From contig CM069133.1 of the NCBI GenBank assembly GCA_035221665.1, positions 91,326,001-91,390,000 of the forward strand: a stretch of DNA of 64,000 nucleotides. Direction: 5' to 3'. Under the pieces are notes generated by a model. It was not told where the DNA came from. It was given only the letters and a program-made list of their open reading frames with translations, and searched no databases. Positions 49,136 through 62,004 of this stretch are shown here, piece by piece. How positions within the stretch are numbered: the first letter of the stretch is position 1; the number at the start of each line of letters is the position of its first letter. A program made the translations under genes and the position numbers. The DNA is from Okamejei kenojei (taxonomy: Eukaryota).

Positions 49136-52100
49136 ATTAAGGGCACTCAGTTGAGTAGACATGCGCTCAGTGCTATTCAGTGCTCAGAGAGATGTGACCC
49201 TCTGGCTTCCTCCATCTTGCAGAGGATGAGTGAGGCACACCACTTCCTGGTTTTATAGTCCCTCCCTCTCCCTCCAGCAGGGGCAGCAGAGAGAATGGAG
49301 ATTTAAAAAAAAACAATAATATCTCTGATTTTTCATCGATGGGAATAATCCTCTGGTGGGGGGGCTCCGAGCGAGCTGGCCAAAAGTGACGGCCGTAGGT
49401 GGCGCCGTCCTCTCGGAAATCACACCATAGTGAGCCAAAAGCGGTCAAGATCAGACTTTTAGTAATATAGATAGAAGATATTGCCTGGTCGCGAGAGGCT
49501 GAAAAGTATAGGGATAGATTGGGCAGGCTAGGGATTTTAAGGAACTCTATAAGTTGCTTAAAATCATGAGGGGTACAGATAGAGTGAACACAGTCCATTT
49601 CAGGGTGGACAAAAAACTGGAGTATCTCAGCAGGACAGGCACCATCTCTGGAGAGAGGGAATGGGTGATGTTTTGGGTTGAGACCCAATGGAATCAAGAA
49701 CTAGAGGGCATATGTTTAAGGCGCGGTGCAAAAGATTTATTGGGAACCAGAAGGGAAACACTTTCACGTAGAGAATGGTGGGTTCATGGAACAAGCTGCC
49801 ATATGAAGTTGAGGCAGGTGCAATAACAGCATTTAAAAAGACATTTGAACAGATACATGGAATGGAATGCTTTATTGTCACATGGGATTAGGCAGTGAAA
49901 TTCTTTGCTGCATACGCAATGTATACAAATAGCAGCCCCCTATGGCACTGACAAAGCACGCTGGCTCCCCCGTTTGTCTCGCCCCCACCCCACACCGGTT
50001 CTCCCATGCCAGGTCCCCATTGTCCTTTGTTCTCACCCCCCTCCATCCATAGTTCCCCCTCGCGGTGGTTCCCCCACGCAGGGTCCTCCATTGTTCTTCC
50101 CCGGAATCTTTTAAAAGATATAGACCAAATAGGCAAATGGGACAAGCTTAAATGAGGCATTTTGGTCACCATGGACAAATGGTCTGTTTCCATGCTGTAT
50201 GATTCCAGGTGAAGACACGGTTGCAGAAGTTCTGACAAGGAACTCAGAAGTCAAATGCCAACTCTGCAAGTCAGACATCATTGTGGAACAAAACATAGTT
50301 TCCAGAATTGTTATTGGGCCAGGTCAGAGGTCTTCATTTCTATGTCCCCTTTTTCCTCGGGTGTCCAAAGGTAAAACTCTCAACTTCACTCAATGACGCA
50401 AGCGTAAAAGTTCCACCTCGTGATGGATCTGTGATGATCAACAAGCACATTCAAGATTCAATCCATTGTCTACTCTTTCAGTTGACCTCAACCAAAATGG
50501 AGCTGAACAGAAAAGTAGAGCTCCTTTTAGATTATTCCAAACCACTTTGGCTTCAATGGTACAAGTCGTTGCTGCTGCATTAGACATATCAAGAGTGAAC
50601 AGAAGTGAGACGAATGACCAAAGCAGCTTTTCCAAAACAAAGATTTTCACCGTATCTTGGTACGTGACAATATTAACCCAATGTGGCAGTTTCATTGACA
50701 GTGATACTTGGGAAAGTGGTGATAACGCCACTGTGTTTCAGATGAGTGCTGTGCAATTTATATTTACCTGGTTAGCAAGGAAAGCTATCAGTTTGGAGTT
50801 ACATTCAAAAGATGATGACGCCCCCACAATATAATACACTTCTGAAGCCATCCATAACCTGTGGCCCTCTTCCTAGCAGGATAGCTTTTTCTGTCATCCT
50901 GGATGATCATAATTGGAACAAATCTAACTCAGCGGCAAGTGTGTCCAATGGACTAGGGTTGTAACAGGGACACTGGGAAAACTAATTTAAGGTGGCACCC
51001 ACTATTGGAGCTTTTTTTAAAAAAAAGTGGATGATTCCCAACCTTGCAAAGGGGCAACCCGTCTCATTGAAAATTGAACACAGTTGTACTTGTCAATTTC
51101 AAAGTTATGTGTTCACAAAAAGTTGAGTGGAAAGTGCTATTACTGCTTTTGAATATATTTATGAATTCCAGTATGCATTGTAAAAGCAGCTTACCAGACT
51201 GAATAGCAAAGAGAAGCATTACTTTGTGTTCAAGAGGAAGCTGCTTTCATCGTGACTTGACGCTGAACCACTCTATGCAAGAGGTCAGTCTAAATGTTTC
51301 TGGGATGTTTTATGATGTTCTTCTTAATGTCCTCGTGCAAAGGGAAAGGAGACTGGATATAAAAATCAGCTAGTTCACTCACTTTAAAGTGTAGAATTTA
51401 TTTAAGATCATATCAGACAGAATGCAGTCTCCTGCTAGAAGTCAGATCATGATAATTTTTAAATGGAGTCTGCTCTGTCCATTGATATTATTTATACCCA
51501 TATTAGATTCAAAGATATACATAAAGTGGCTGCTTCACCGAAAGAAATTGAAAACTATGGAATCCAGGCTGTGCTCCTGGACACAAGGAGGAAAGTTTTA
51601 AAAGTTTTCAACATTGGTGGCTAATTTTAAATAAAGCCTTCGTCTCAACATTATTAGCAATCTCTGCCAGTGGCCACCAACGTCGAATGAAATAAATTTA
51701 CTATTTGCATAAATACTAATCAAATTTTAAACTATTTTGAACCAAGAGAAATTAGTTGTCAAGTGCTTTGGGGATGGTCTGAGAACATGAAATTCAATAT
51801 ATAAAGTGAGGTCTCTCCCTTTTTTTTGCTTTAAATATCATTTTGCCCCTATTGACAAAATATTCAACAGATTACTTATAGAACATGTTGATCAGTTATT
51901 CTATCCCATGGCAACTCTTGGAATGATGTAACAGAGCAGACAGGGATCCGCTTAACATATCTGAAATTTGGCACCTTGGACAATACAGCAACCTTTTCAT
52001 ACTGCATTGTGACATAAACCTAGATTAGACGTACAAGTATCTGAAATGGTACATGTCCCAACAAACTTCCAACTCCAACAGGAATGCTGTCACCAAATCT

Positions 52101-52156
52101 AGATTGACATATCCATGATACTGTGGCTGCCAAATTAATGACTTTTGTGACAACAA

Positions 52157-53520
52157 TGGTGCAGCGACAAGAGTTGCTGCCTTAAGGGCCTGTCCCATTT
52201 GCGTGTCCTTGGCAAATTACGTGACCTCGTGGTCATGTTGAGCCGCGATGGTCCGGCGTGATTACATGCGTACGCACAGCCTTCTGGAGCTCGTGACGTC
52301 ATCTGAAGATGGACACAAAGCTGGAGTAACTAAGCTGGACCGGCGGCATCTCCCCAGCAATGGGTGACGTTTCTTTTCAAGACTTCTTCAGTCTGAAAAG
52401 AAGGATCTTGACAAGAAAGGGCAGTGGAGGCCAAATCACTGGATGGATTTAAGAGAGAGTTAGATAGAGCTCTCGGGGCTAGTGAAACCAAGGGATATGG
52501 GGAAAAGGCAGGCCCGGGTTATTGATTGAGGACAATCAGCCATGATCACAATGAATGGCGGTGCTGGCTCGAAGGGCCAAATGGCCTCCTCGTGCACCTA
52601 TTTTCTATGTTTCCATTCTGAAAAATACAGCATGGAAACAGGATTTTAGCTCACCAAGTCCACATCGACCATCAATTGCCTGGACTCCATCCAGGGACCT
52701 CGACTGTTCACTCATCCCTTCCCACCCAAACCACCGCCTCCCCAGGTACTTTCTCCTGCAACCACAGGAGATGCAACACCAGCTCAGTCTGGAGAAGGGT
52801 CTCAACCCAAAATGTCACCCAATCCTTCTCTCCAGAGATGCTGCCGGTCCCGCTGAGTTACTCCTGCATTCTGTGTTTATCTTCAATTTTCTTGGCCCCG
52901 CTCTGGGAGTAAAAGTGGGGGCGGATAGCAATGGCTGTGAGCCCCAGGCCGAGTTCGGTGATCGTTTGCCTGCTTCTGCTGCTGTTGGAGGTAAGAAGCG
53001 TCGCGCCAGGGTCTTGGGCCTGTCCTACTTTGGCCGTCAGTTCCGCGACAGGCTGTTGGCGCGCAAAGATTTTGTTCACTACAAACAATTCGGAGCCCCG
53101 CGCGATGTCGCATACTACATACCCCTCCGCGCTTCTAAGTGGGACCGGCCCTGCGCGGCCATACGATGCCCGTACGCCTCAACGGACCACGAGGTTGCAT
53201 AATTTGCATGCCAAGGACACGCAAGTGGGACAGGCCCTTTAAAGTGCAAGAGACCCGGATTTGATCCTGACTACAGGTGCTGTTAGTACAATGTTTGCAT
53301 GTTCTCCCTGTGGAATGTGGGATTTCTCTGGGTACTCTGGCTTCCTTCCACATTCCAAAGGCATATAAGTTTGTAGATTACTTGGCTTCTGCAAATTGAC
53401 CCTAGTGTATAGAATGCGAAACAGGGATAACATTGAACTAGTGTACAGGTGATTGTTGGGCGATGCAGACTCAGTGGGCCAAAGGGCCTGTTTTCCTGTT
53501 GCATCACTAAACTAAACTTA
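52157..53520 (+). mobile_element. V-SINE/HE1-like SINE split by the MITE
   Basis: Head at 52157-52184, B box and body at 53242-53520 with an (actaa)n tail. Confidence 0.75.
52185..53238. mobile_element. PIF/Harbinger-type MITE, copy 2, inserted in a V-SINE
   Basis: AGGGCCTGTCCCA TIRs with TTA TSD (52182-52184, 53239-53241); flanks rejoin to the SINE head gagttgctgcctta...gagacccggatttgatcc. Confidence 0.87.
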
Positions 53521-55165
53521 TCTGGACAGAAACAACCAATGTCACTGTGAAACTGTTGCGCACAGTCCAGATCAGACATCCTTAAACCATCCCAAGGTTA
53601 ACAGGCACCTTTTGACTGATAACTAAGGCACAGAAATAAAGCAAAGCATACATGCTGCTGACTGGTATATCCAAAGTACAGGAGAGCATGAGTTCTCTGA
53701 ATGACCACAGTCTAGGATCCTCCAACTGTTGGACCCAAAGTGGCTAAGCACTGTAATAGCATCTCAAACATTTCATCCGTGCAACTTGGTGCTTTTGATA
53801 TATTGCAAGTGAACACGTTGAATTGTTTGTAATAATGAATGTATAGTGTAAAAGCAAAAGTACAATTACGGAAAAAACTAAAACATGAAACGATTCTGTA
53901 AAACCATCCCAGCCAGCACGAGTTTAAGGCAACAGAAATACCATCTTCCCAGATCTGCCTGTCCTCCATCTCATAGATTGGAACAGTCTGAAGAGTCTGG
54001 GCCACACATTAATTCTGGGTGAGTTGCCAAAGGCCATCTCTTCCTTTAAGATGAATAAGTTGGAGAAATGATGGTTTGTCAGCTGCATTGTCCTTGATCA
54101 ATCGGACTAGGGTGGCACAGACCTGCTGGAAGTGTTCAGCTCTCTGCTTTTAGTGGGCATCATGTCAAAATCCATAAGGATGCTCACTGTCATCACGAGG
54201 GGAAACAGATCAGATGCATGTCATCCTAGCAGGGAGGTTGCCAACAGCCTTGAGGCCCTTCATAATAAGAACAACGTGTGCAATGTGGGATGAGGAGAGG
54301 AAGAGTGACCGAGTCCTAAGTTAGCGAGGTGCAGTAGACCACATCCATGCCTGATGGGTGTACTCTGTAACACCAGGCTAAAGCGGGCCCATAAATATAT
54401 TTGGAATCTATTTGTAAAGAACATTTTTTTGCAAAGATAAAGTCTTTACAAATAGTCTGCACTGACCATACGCTTGCTGTGATTGGAAAGCTGATTTGAG
54501 TCAAATAAAGTAAATTAATTCTATCAACTTCTGGCTTTCAAAACATCTTTCACTGTGATTGTTAGCAGTGATTAGAGCTCCAAATTCCCATAGGATAATT
54601 GGCACCATGTTATGAACAATCTGTTGCTTAGTAACATTCAATTATACAAGCGTCATTAAAACAGCGTTACAATCTAATCAGCTTAATTCTCCTTCCTCGC
54701 AGAAGCATTCAAATCTTGTACAATATTGTTAATTCTATTCAAAACCGCTTCTGAAAGGTTCATATGTAATGAAAACTTGCATCCTTGTTAATGACTAAAC
54801 AGGTTTTAATTCTCATGTAACAATCACTAGATAGATCGATTCGTCATTTTGCTTTTGATAAGGACCTTTTATTATACGCTCATTGCAAAGTTTAGTACAC
54901 TGCATGGAAACAGGCCCTTCGGCTCACCAAGTCTACATTGACCATCAATCACCCATTCTATGTTATCCCACCTCAACCATTCACCATACAACTGGGGCAA
55001 TTTACCTACAATTGGGTTTTGAATTAACAGTTGGATGGATAAAGGCCAGAGATGAAAAGACAGAAAAAATGTGTAAATGATAATAAATAGGCGAATTGTG
55101 AAGCCAGAGGAAGGAATACAGGTGGAATGGGATGGCGAGTGATGGGTGAGAATCCAGATGGGGCA

Positions 55166-55207
<42 letters not shown>

Positions 55208-56708
55208 TAGATAAACATATCCAGAGATGTGTTTTTGTTAGTTTACAAGTGAGATGATTGTGAATTGAGACAAAATTCTTTTGAGGAGATTGTTTAAACA
55301 ACTGAACTCACCATATCCACATTTCATTCTGATGACCGTGGTCAGGGGATGGAAACCAAAAGCACTAGGACACGATTGGGGAACTTAACGTAACCATTTG
55401 ACCCACTGTTCAACCTGATGGCCGGCATTTGTACAACATTGCAGTCGACCTTACTGGTCACAGAACTGGCTAACTATACGTGAAGACTATGTCAACCCGT
55501 CACTAATTTTTTGCAACAAACCAGAAACCTGGCATTTTGATTTGATTTTAGCAGCACGCAATTATATTGATGTGCAGCTGGTTTGCCATTATCCAAGGTA
55601 CTGTTTTGAATATGTATTGGAGATTGCAAAATTTATTACAAGCAAATGTTTACTTTGCCCATTGCATGTACACATTATATTGAATGGATGCAAATGATGC
55701 AGATAATTGACACAGGTAGGAGTGAATTAGTCATGTTTAAATAGGGAGAACACCTGGATCTCTTGTAAAGTTTAATTTGCAAGTGAAATCAGTGGGCAAA
55801 ATTGATCTTAATATCATATCAATTTTTAATTTCAATAAAATAATTAACAAAACATAATTAAATTGGAGATAACATAAATTGTGCCGTGTATGCCCGACCT
55901 TTCAACTATTTGCAAATGAAACATTACCTGCTGTAATTAACATTTATTGACCATTCACATGCCTAGGAAAGTGAAAGGTATCCACCCCCCCCCCCCACCT
56001 CTGTCATATGTGGGACCAAACTAACAACTACTAATCTTATTTTGTATCGGTTTAAAGGTTAACTCAAAATAAATGATTAAGCACTTTTTAATTAAATTTT
56101 GTTTTTAAAATGACAGCAGGGGAATCTTTGCAACTTTTGACGACCAAGGATAACCCAATCTGGAGTCAAACACTAGACAAAGGACCTTCAGCCCACTACG
56201 TCCATGCTGACCATTTAGTCCAATCCCATTTTCAAGTGTATCAGCATTGCTTGCTTGCCTGAACCTCGAACATCAGCAAGGTTTGGTAGCTGGCCCACTT
56301 CAGAGTGATTCAAACTCATTTTGGGGAGCACGCGAATTGTTTGGTCATAAACTCAAAACAAGTTTGTTTTTCCTGACTGACAAGTTTATTCATTGACACA
56401 GTCCTATTAAAATTCACCTGCACCAATAAAACATCTCATTCTCATATTGTGATGATGAGCTTTTTATATATGGGTTGAATAAAGCAATAGCTGAGAAGAA
56501 GAATAGCTGGCCCATAGATATGCGGGGAGATGGACCACGTGCAGTAAAATGAGATTAGATTATCCCGGCACCATGCTCAGCACAGACATAGGGAGCCGAT
56601 GGGCCTGTTCCTGTGCGGCGCTGCTCTATGATCTACAGGTATATTCTTTTAAAAATAGACAAAATCGTCAATTAAATGCATTTTGCAATAAATCAAATTA
56701 TTAATCAA

Positions 56709-57877
56709 CTAGACTAAGTGGGACCCATTGGGTCCCAGCATCACACTGGAGGGCTGACAATCACACTGGAGAGGTGGCAATATTCCACCTCTCCACCAAT
56801 TCCAAGATTGGTGGCCAGTGGAGGGGGGGGGGGGCTTTCTGGAGTTCAAGTATGGGTGTTGTGTGCTGAAGGGACTGGTTTCCAGAGGGCTAGTATGGAT
56901 ATTATGGACCACGTGGATTCTGGGGCTGGCGGCTCAGTCACTCAAGCCTATTGTGCTGGCAGCTCACTCACTCACAGCTGGTGGGCTGGCAGTTAACTCA
57001 TGGTTATTCATTGAAATTCCACTTCAAGCAGGGTGCAAGGCCACCAAATTCAAGTGCAGTTTCATACCATTTCAAGCTGGGTGTTTTTTAAACACTAATA
57101 ACTCTTATTTTTCATCGATGGGAAAAATCCTCGGCCCCTGATGAGCGGAGGGGGCTTTGAGTAAGATGGCCAAAAATCACAGCCGTGCGTGGTAGTGTTT
57201 TTTCTAAAATCAATATAAAGTGTAAATAGGAAGTGGTCAAGATTAGACTTTTAATTATATAGAAGGCTAGGCAACTTTAATTAGGCTAGGCAACCTTAAT
57301 TAGGCTAGGCAACTTTAATTAGGCTAGGCAACTTTAGCATTTCCAAACCAAAGGCAACATAGCTTTAGCATTTCCAAACCAAAGGCAACACAGCTTTAAC
57401 ATTTCCAAACCAAAGGCAACACAGCTTTAGCATTTCCAAACTATAGGCAACACAGCTTTAGCATTTCCAAACTATAGGCAACACAGCTTTAGCATTTCCC
57501 AACTATATTTTCAAACCACATTAGGGCACTGACCGGTCAGTAAAACCACTCACAGTTTAGTAGACATGTGTTCAGTGTTATTCACAGCTCAGACAGAGAT
57601 GTACCCATCATGCAGAGACTGACTGAGGCACTCAACACTTCCGGGTTTTATAGTCCCTCCGGAAGGGGCGTGGCCTTCAGGAGAGAGAATCTCAACATTT
57701 TTAAAATACTAATAATTCTTTTATTTTTCATCAATGGGAAAAATCATCTTGTCCTGCGCAGCGGAGGGGGGTTCTGAGTAAGATGGCCAAAAAACACAGC
57801 CGTAAGTGGCAGTGTTTTTTTCTAAAATCAATATACAGAACAAGAAGTGGTCAAGATCAGACTTTTAGTAATATAGA
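56709..57877 (-). mobile_element. Non-autonomous Helitron, copy B, with a duplicated 5' end and minisatellites
   Basis: Same TC...hairpin...CTAG termini as copy A; second 5'-end-like segment ending at ~57262; tandem 19-bp (aggctaggcaactttaatt) and 31-bp (agcatttccaaaccaaaggcaacacagcttt) units. Confidence 0.85.
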
Positions 57878-58053
57878 TATAATAATGAAGCATGGAAGTC
57901 AAAGCGCAATTCAATTTGAAAGGAATGAGTCAATCCTCCTCCTCCACCTACACAAGAGAAATAAGTTTTTGGTCTCTTGTCAAATAGGCAAACAGGTTCC
58001 CTACACCCTGCCCAAAATGCTGACCATCTCTGTTCTAGGTGACCATTTCCCCC

Positions 58054-58089
<36 letters not shown>

Positions 58090-58164
58090 TTTACTCAATG
58101 TTGAGACATATCAGGGCATGTGTTCAGTATTCACAGCAGTGATTAAACATAATCTGAAATGTTT

Positions 58165-59595
58165 AAGAACTGCAAATGCTGGAAAATCGAAGTTAGACAA
58201 AAATGCTGGAGAAACTCAGCGGGTGAGGCAGCATCTATGGAGCGAAGGAAATGGGCAACGTTTTGGGTCAAGCCTTCTTCAAACTGATGTGAGGGTTGGG
58301 GGGGGCGTGAAGAAAAAAGGAAGTGGAGACAGTGGGCTATGGGAGAGCTGAGAAGGGGAGGAGAAAGTAGGGAATACCTGAAATTAGAGAAGTCAATGTT
58401 CATACCGCTGGGGTGCAAACTGCCCAAGCGAAATATGAGGTGCTGCTCCTCCAATTTACGGTGGTCCTCACTCTGGCCATGGAGGAGGCCCAGGACAGAA
58501 AGGTCAGATTTGGAATGGCAGGGGGAGTTGAAGTGCTGAGCCACCGGGAGGTCAGGTTGGTTATTGCGAACCGAGCGATGGTGTTGGACGAAGCGATCGC
58601 CAAGCCTACACTTGATCTCACCAATGTAGAGCAGCTGACATCCAGAGCAGCGGATGCAATAGATGAGGTTGGAGGAGGTGCAGGTGAACCTCTGCCGCAC
58701 CTGGAAAGACTGCTTGGTTCCTTGAATGGAGTCAAGGGGGGGGGGGGGGGGGGGGTGGTAATGTGGCAAGTGTAGCATTTCCTGTGGTTGCAAGGGAACG
58801 TGGAGAGGGGGTGGTTCAGGTGGGAAAGGCGAATTGACCAGGGAATTACGGAGGGAGCCGTTTCTGTGGAGACGAGTGGGGAGATGGGGAATGAGAGCAG
58901 AGTCACCCTGGTGAGAGCCTCATTTATTGTAGAAGAAGGGAACCCCCATTCCCTGAAGAATGAGGACATCTCCGATGCCCTGGTGTGGAACAACTCATCC
59001 TGGGTGCAGATGCGGCGTAGACGGAGGAATTGGGAGTAGGCGATGGAGTCCTTACAGGAACCAGGGTGGGAAGAAGTGTAGTCCAGATAGCCATGGGAGT
59101 CAGTGGGTTTATAGTGGATGTCAGTCAGTAGTCTATCACCTGCAATGGAGATAGTGAGGTCAAGAAATGGTAGGGAAATGTCGGATATGGTCCATGTGTA
59201 TTTGAGCGCCGGATGGACGTTAGTGGTGAAATGGATGAAGTCAGTGAGTTGTGTGTGGGTGCAGGAGGTAGCACCAATGCAGTCATCGATGTAGCGGAGG
59301 TAGAGGTCGGGGATAGGGCCATGGTACGCCTCGAACAAGGATTGTTTGATGTACCCTACAAAGAGGCAGGCATAGCAAGGGCCCATGCTCATGCCCATAG
59401 CTTCGCCTTGTATTTGGAGGAAATTGGAGGAGTCAAACAAAGTTATTAAGGGTAAGGACCAGTATCCTTTCATTTGACTCCTCCCATTTCCTCCAAATAC
59501 AAGGCGTAACTATGGGCACGCGCATGGGCCCTACCGGGTCCTACCTCCAAACTCAACCTCCGCTACATCGACGACTAACTTCCATCCGGCACTCA
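58165..59595 (-). mobile_element. Penelope-like retroelement (RT + GIY-YIG), truncated, with an inverted 5' segment
   Basis: QIQGEAMG..MGPCYACLF, LRYIDDC, LPFLDL, SQFLRLRRIC; NLIYCIRC...LLYIGE (GIY-YIG); 59470-59595 is an inverted partial copy of the RT start. Confidence 0.93.
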
Positions 59596-60159
59596 AAGTT
59601 AGAACTGAACTTGGGTCAATGAGGCTGCGATCTACTGGTCCACTGGCACACCATTGTCTCACCTCAGCTGCCTCTATTCCAAGGACAGCTCAAGCTATAA
59701 TCTTTACTCCTCAGTTCTAAGTTTCCAGTCCTGGCAACTTCTTCACATCCTTAGCACCCGGCACTGCAGATCCTATTATTCTGTCACATGGTGAACAGAA
59801 CCTTGCACAAATGCTCAAGCTGTGGTTCAATTAGTATTACTATCCCTTCCTGTTCACGTATCTCACATATCTAAGTGTATTTTGCATGCCTATTACCCCA
59901 CTTATCAGCTTTGAATAGCTGTGAACTCCCACCACAATGTCCTTTTTGATCTTCCACAACACTTGCTATCCTCCCATTTATTTCATTATATTTAACCTCT
60001 CCGTACACATTGCATCATTTAAGATTACATGTCAGTTTTCTGTCCAACTGATCAGTCTTCATGCATTCATGCAGATTTCCTCTTCACTACAAACAGTATT
60101 TGTGTCATCTGCAAAATTATCTCTCTGCCGTTATATTTAAGTACGTAACACATATAAAT

Positions 60160-60266
60160 AGGTATGTTACAAAACTTACCTTTATCAGTGCTGCAGTTCT
60201 GCCGCTGGCCGTGTGCATGACTTTGGCGCCTTTGGGGGGGGGGGGGGGGAGGGGGGGGAGAGGGGG

Positions 60267-60302
<36 letters not shown>

Positions 60303-61232
60303 AGTGCGGTTTTCCCTTGCCATCCGGAGCTTTATGTGAGATTTTTCTAAAGATTCGTTCCGACTGCCGGTCAGTTAAAAAAAAAATTCAAATCACCCGA
60401 CTATTTCGTCGCTGCAGTAAAATAAAAATTAGCTCCTAATGCCGTGAACGCCGACAACGGGGACGGATTTTAAGGAGGGGACAGGTAAGTGAAAGCTGTT
60501 TATTTTCTCATATAAACCTGCTTTTTTAGATGACCTTAATCAAACTTTAACGTTGCGAAACAGTGATTTATTCCCCATACGAACCGGCAGAAATTTTCCT
60601 GCCGATATGGGATTTAAATTCACCGCAACGTTCCAATCCATCGCGTTCCAGAAAATCCCACTCGCAAGCTGATTTAAATGCCCATTAATTTATAGGCATT
60701 AAACACAAAATTCCTTCAATTTGGCCTATAAATTAATGACAATTTGATTTAAAAATCATGTTATATTGTGAATTCTTGTGTGAATGTTATTTGGACACTT
60801 AGGCTTTAAAAAAAGTTAATTTTTTCTTAAGAAATGGATAGATGTTTAGATCTAGTAATTGAATTTTGTAATTAGCTACAATTGGTAACTAACTAATTAT
60901 ATGCTTTAATTTCAGGTCATCCAAGTAAGATTGAAGCATTCTGAAACAAATATGAACCAATCTATAATAACTGACAATTTCGTTCAGTTCCCTTAATTTT
61001 TAAGAAAGTTATAGGCTTTTGACTGTCCTCGATCACAACTTTAGTGTTAAGTCAATAGAAAAGCAATAGGAAACAAGTTGCTAATTTCTGAGTATGAAAA
61101 TGGCCATAACCTTTTTTAATACTGAAGATATGAAAGTGAATTAGGTGTCAAATTAAACTTCTTTTTATGCTTTATCTGATAGGATAAATTGCAGACCTGA
61201 TTTTTTAAATCTCAAAATTTTATAACATTGCT
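60160..61232. mobile_element. Putative non-autonomous DNA transposon interrupting a decayed minus-strand CR1 (~59640-62000)
   Basis: Imperfect terminal inverted repeats aggtatgttacaaaa / ttttataacattgct, aat on both flanks; CR1-like sequence on either side. Confidence 0.5.
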
Positions 61233-62004
61233 AATATAAACAAAAGCACAGGGGAGGCGAGTACTGAGCTTTGTGGAACCCCTAATAGCATCGGCCTTCC
61301 AGCTACAAGAAACATACAAACACCTTTATTCTTCATGCCACAGGTCAACTCTGGATCTAATTTACTCTCTCTCTCATGAGCATTCGATTCTTTGGACCAG
61401 CTTCCCATGTGGGATCAATCAAGCTCAAATCCATGCAGGTCACAGCAAGCCCACTGTCCTCACCAAGTTTGAAGAGGTAACAGGAGAGTCAATTAAGTTT
61501 ATCGCTTAGTATCTGGCCTTGTAAAAATGCTGACCATCCCAATAATCTGCTCCTTTCCAAATAAAGATTCCCATAGAATAGATTTCAATAATGTTCCCAA
61601 CACCGATGTTAAATTTGTGGGGTTGCAATTACTCAATTTATCACTACTTCCCTTTTAATAAACTAAAGTATGACATAATCTTCCAATCTGTTGGCGTCAC
61701 TTCTATAGCCAGAAATGTTGGGGAATTGTAGCCAGCTTATAGCTTGTTCTGTTTAGCAGCCTGGGATACTGTTCCTGAGCCTACCAATTTATCCACCTTT
61801 AATATCCAGAACACTTCTTCTTTCACCACATTTATCTCATCCATTATTTTACACTTAACCACATAGTTTACCTTAACCATGAGATTGGCCTCATGCTCAT
61901 CTTTCATAGAATAGTTCCAATATATTCATTAACCATGACATTCTCCATTTCCACCTATAGGTTATCATTTTGATCTGTAATTGGCCCCATTCCTGGATCT
62001 GGTT

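Larger units (their letters stand above)
47110..49471 (-). mobile_element. Non-autonomous Helitron, copy A, containing a minisatellite and a nested CR1
   Basis: Minus strand A|TCTATATTACTAAAAG ... GGGACCCAACGGGTCCC hairpin ... CTAG|T; no TSD. Confidence 0.85.
46225..49865 (+). mobile_element. Old CR1 LINE split by a Helitron (47110-49471) and a hairpin repeat
   Basis: Degenerate RT motifs (atggacttcaccaagg, aagtttgcagatgat, gaatattgtgtccagttttggtcacc); the CR1 continues after 49472. Confidence 0.75.

Noticed and set aside
50438-50834. Overlapping 97-122 aa ORFs and a faint FPKYHC transposase-like motif
   Set aside because: No convincing homology or splice signals; a six-residue motif is insufficient.
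55166-55205. Poly-G/C runs giving poly-Pro or poly-Gly ORFs (also ~2087, 58050, 60234)
   Set aside because: Homopolymer tracts of uncertain length with no coding context.
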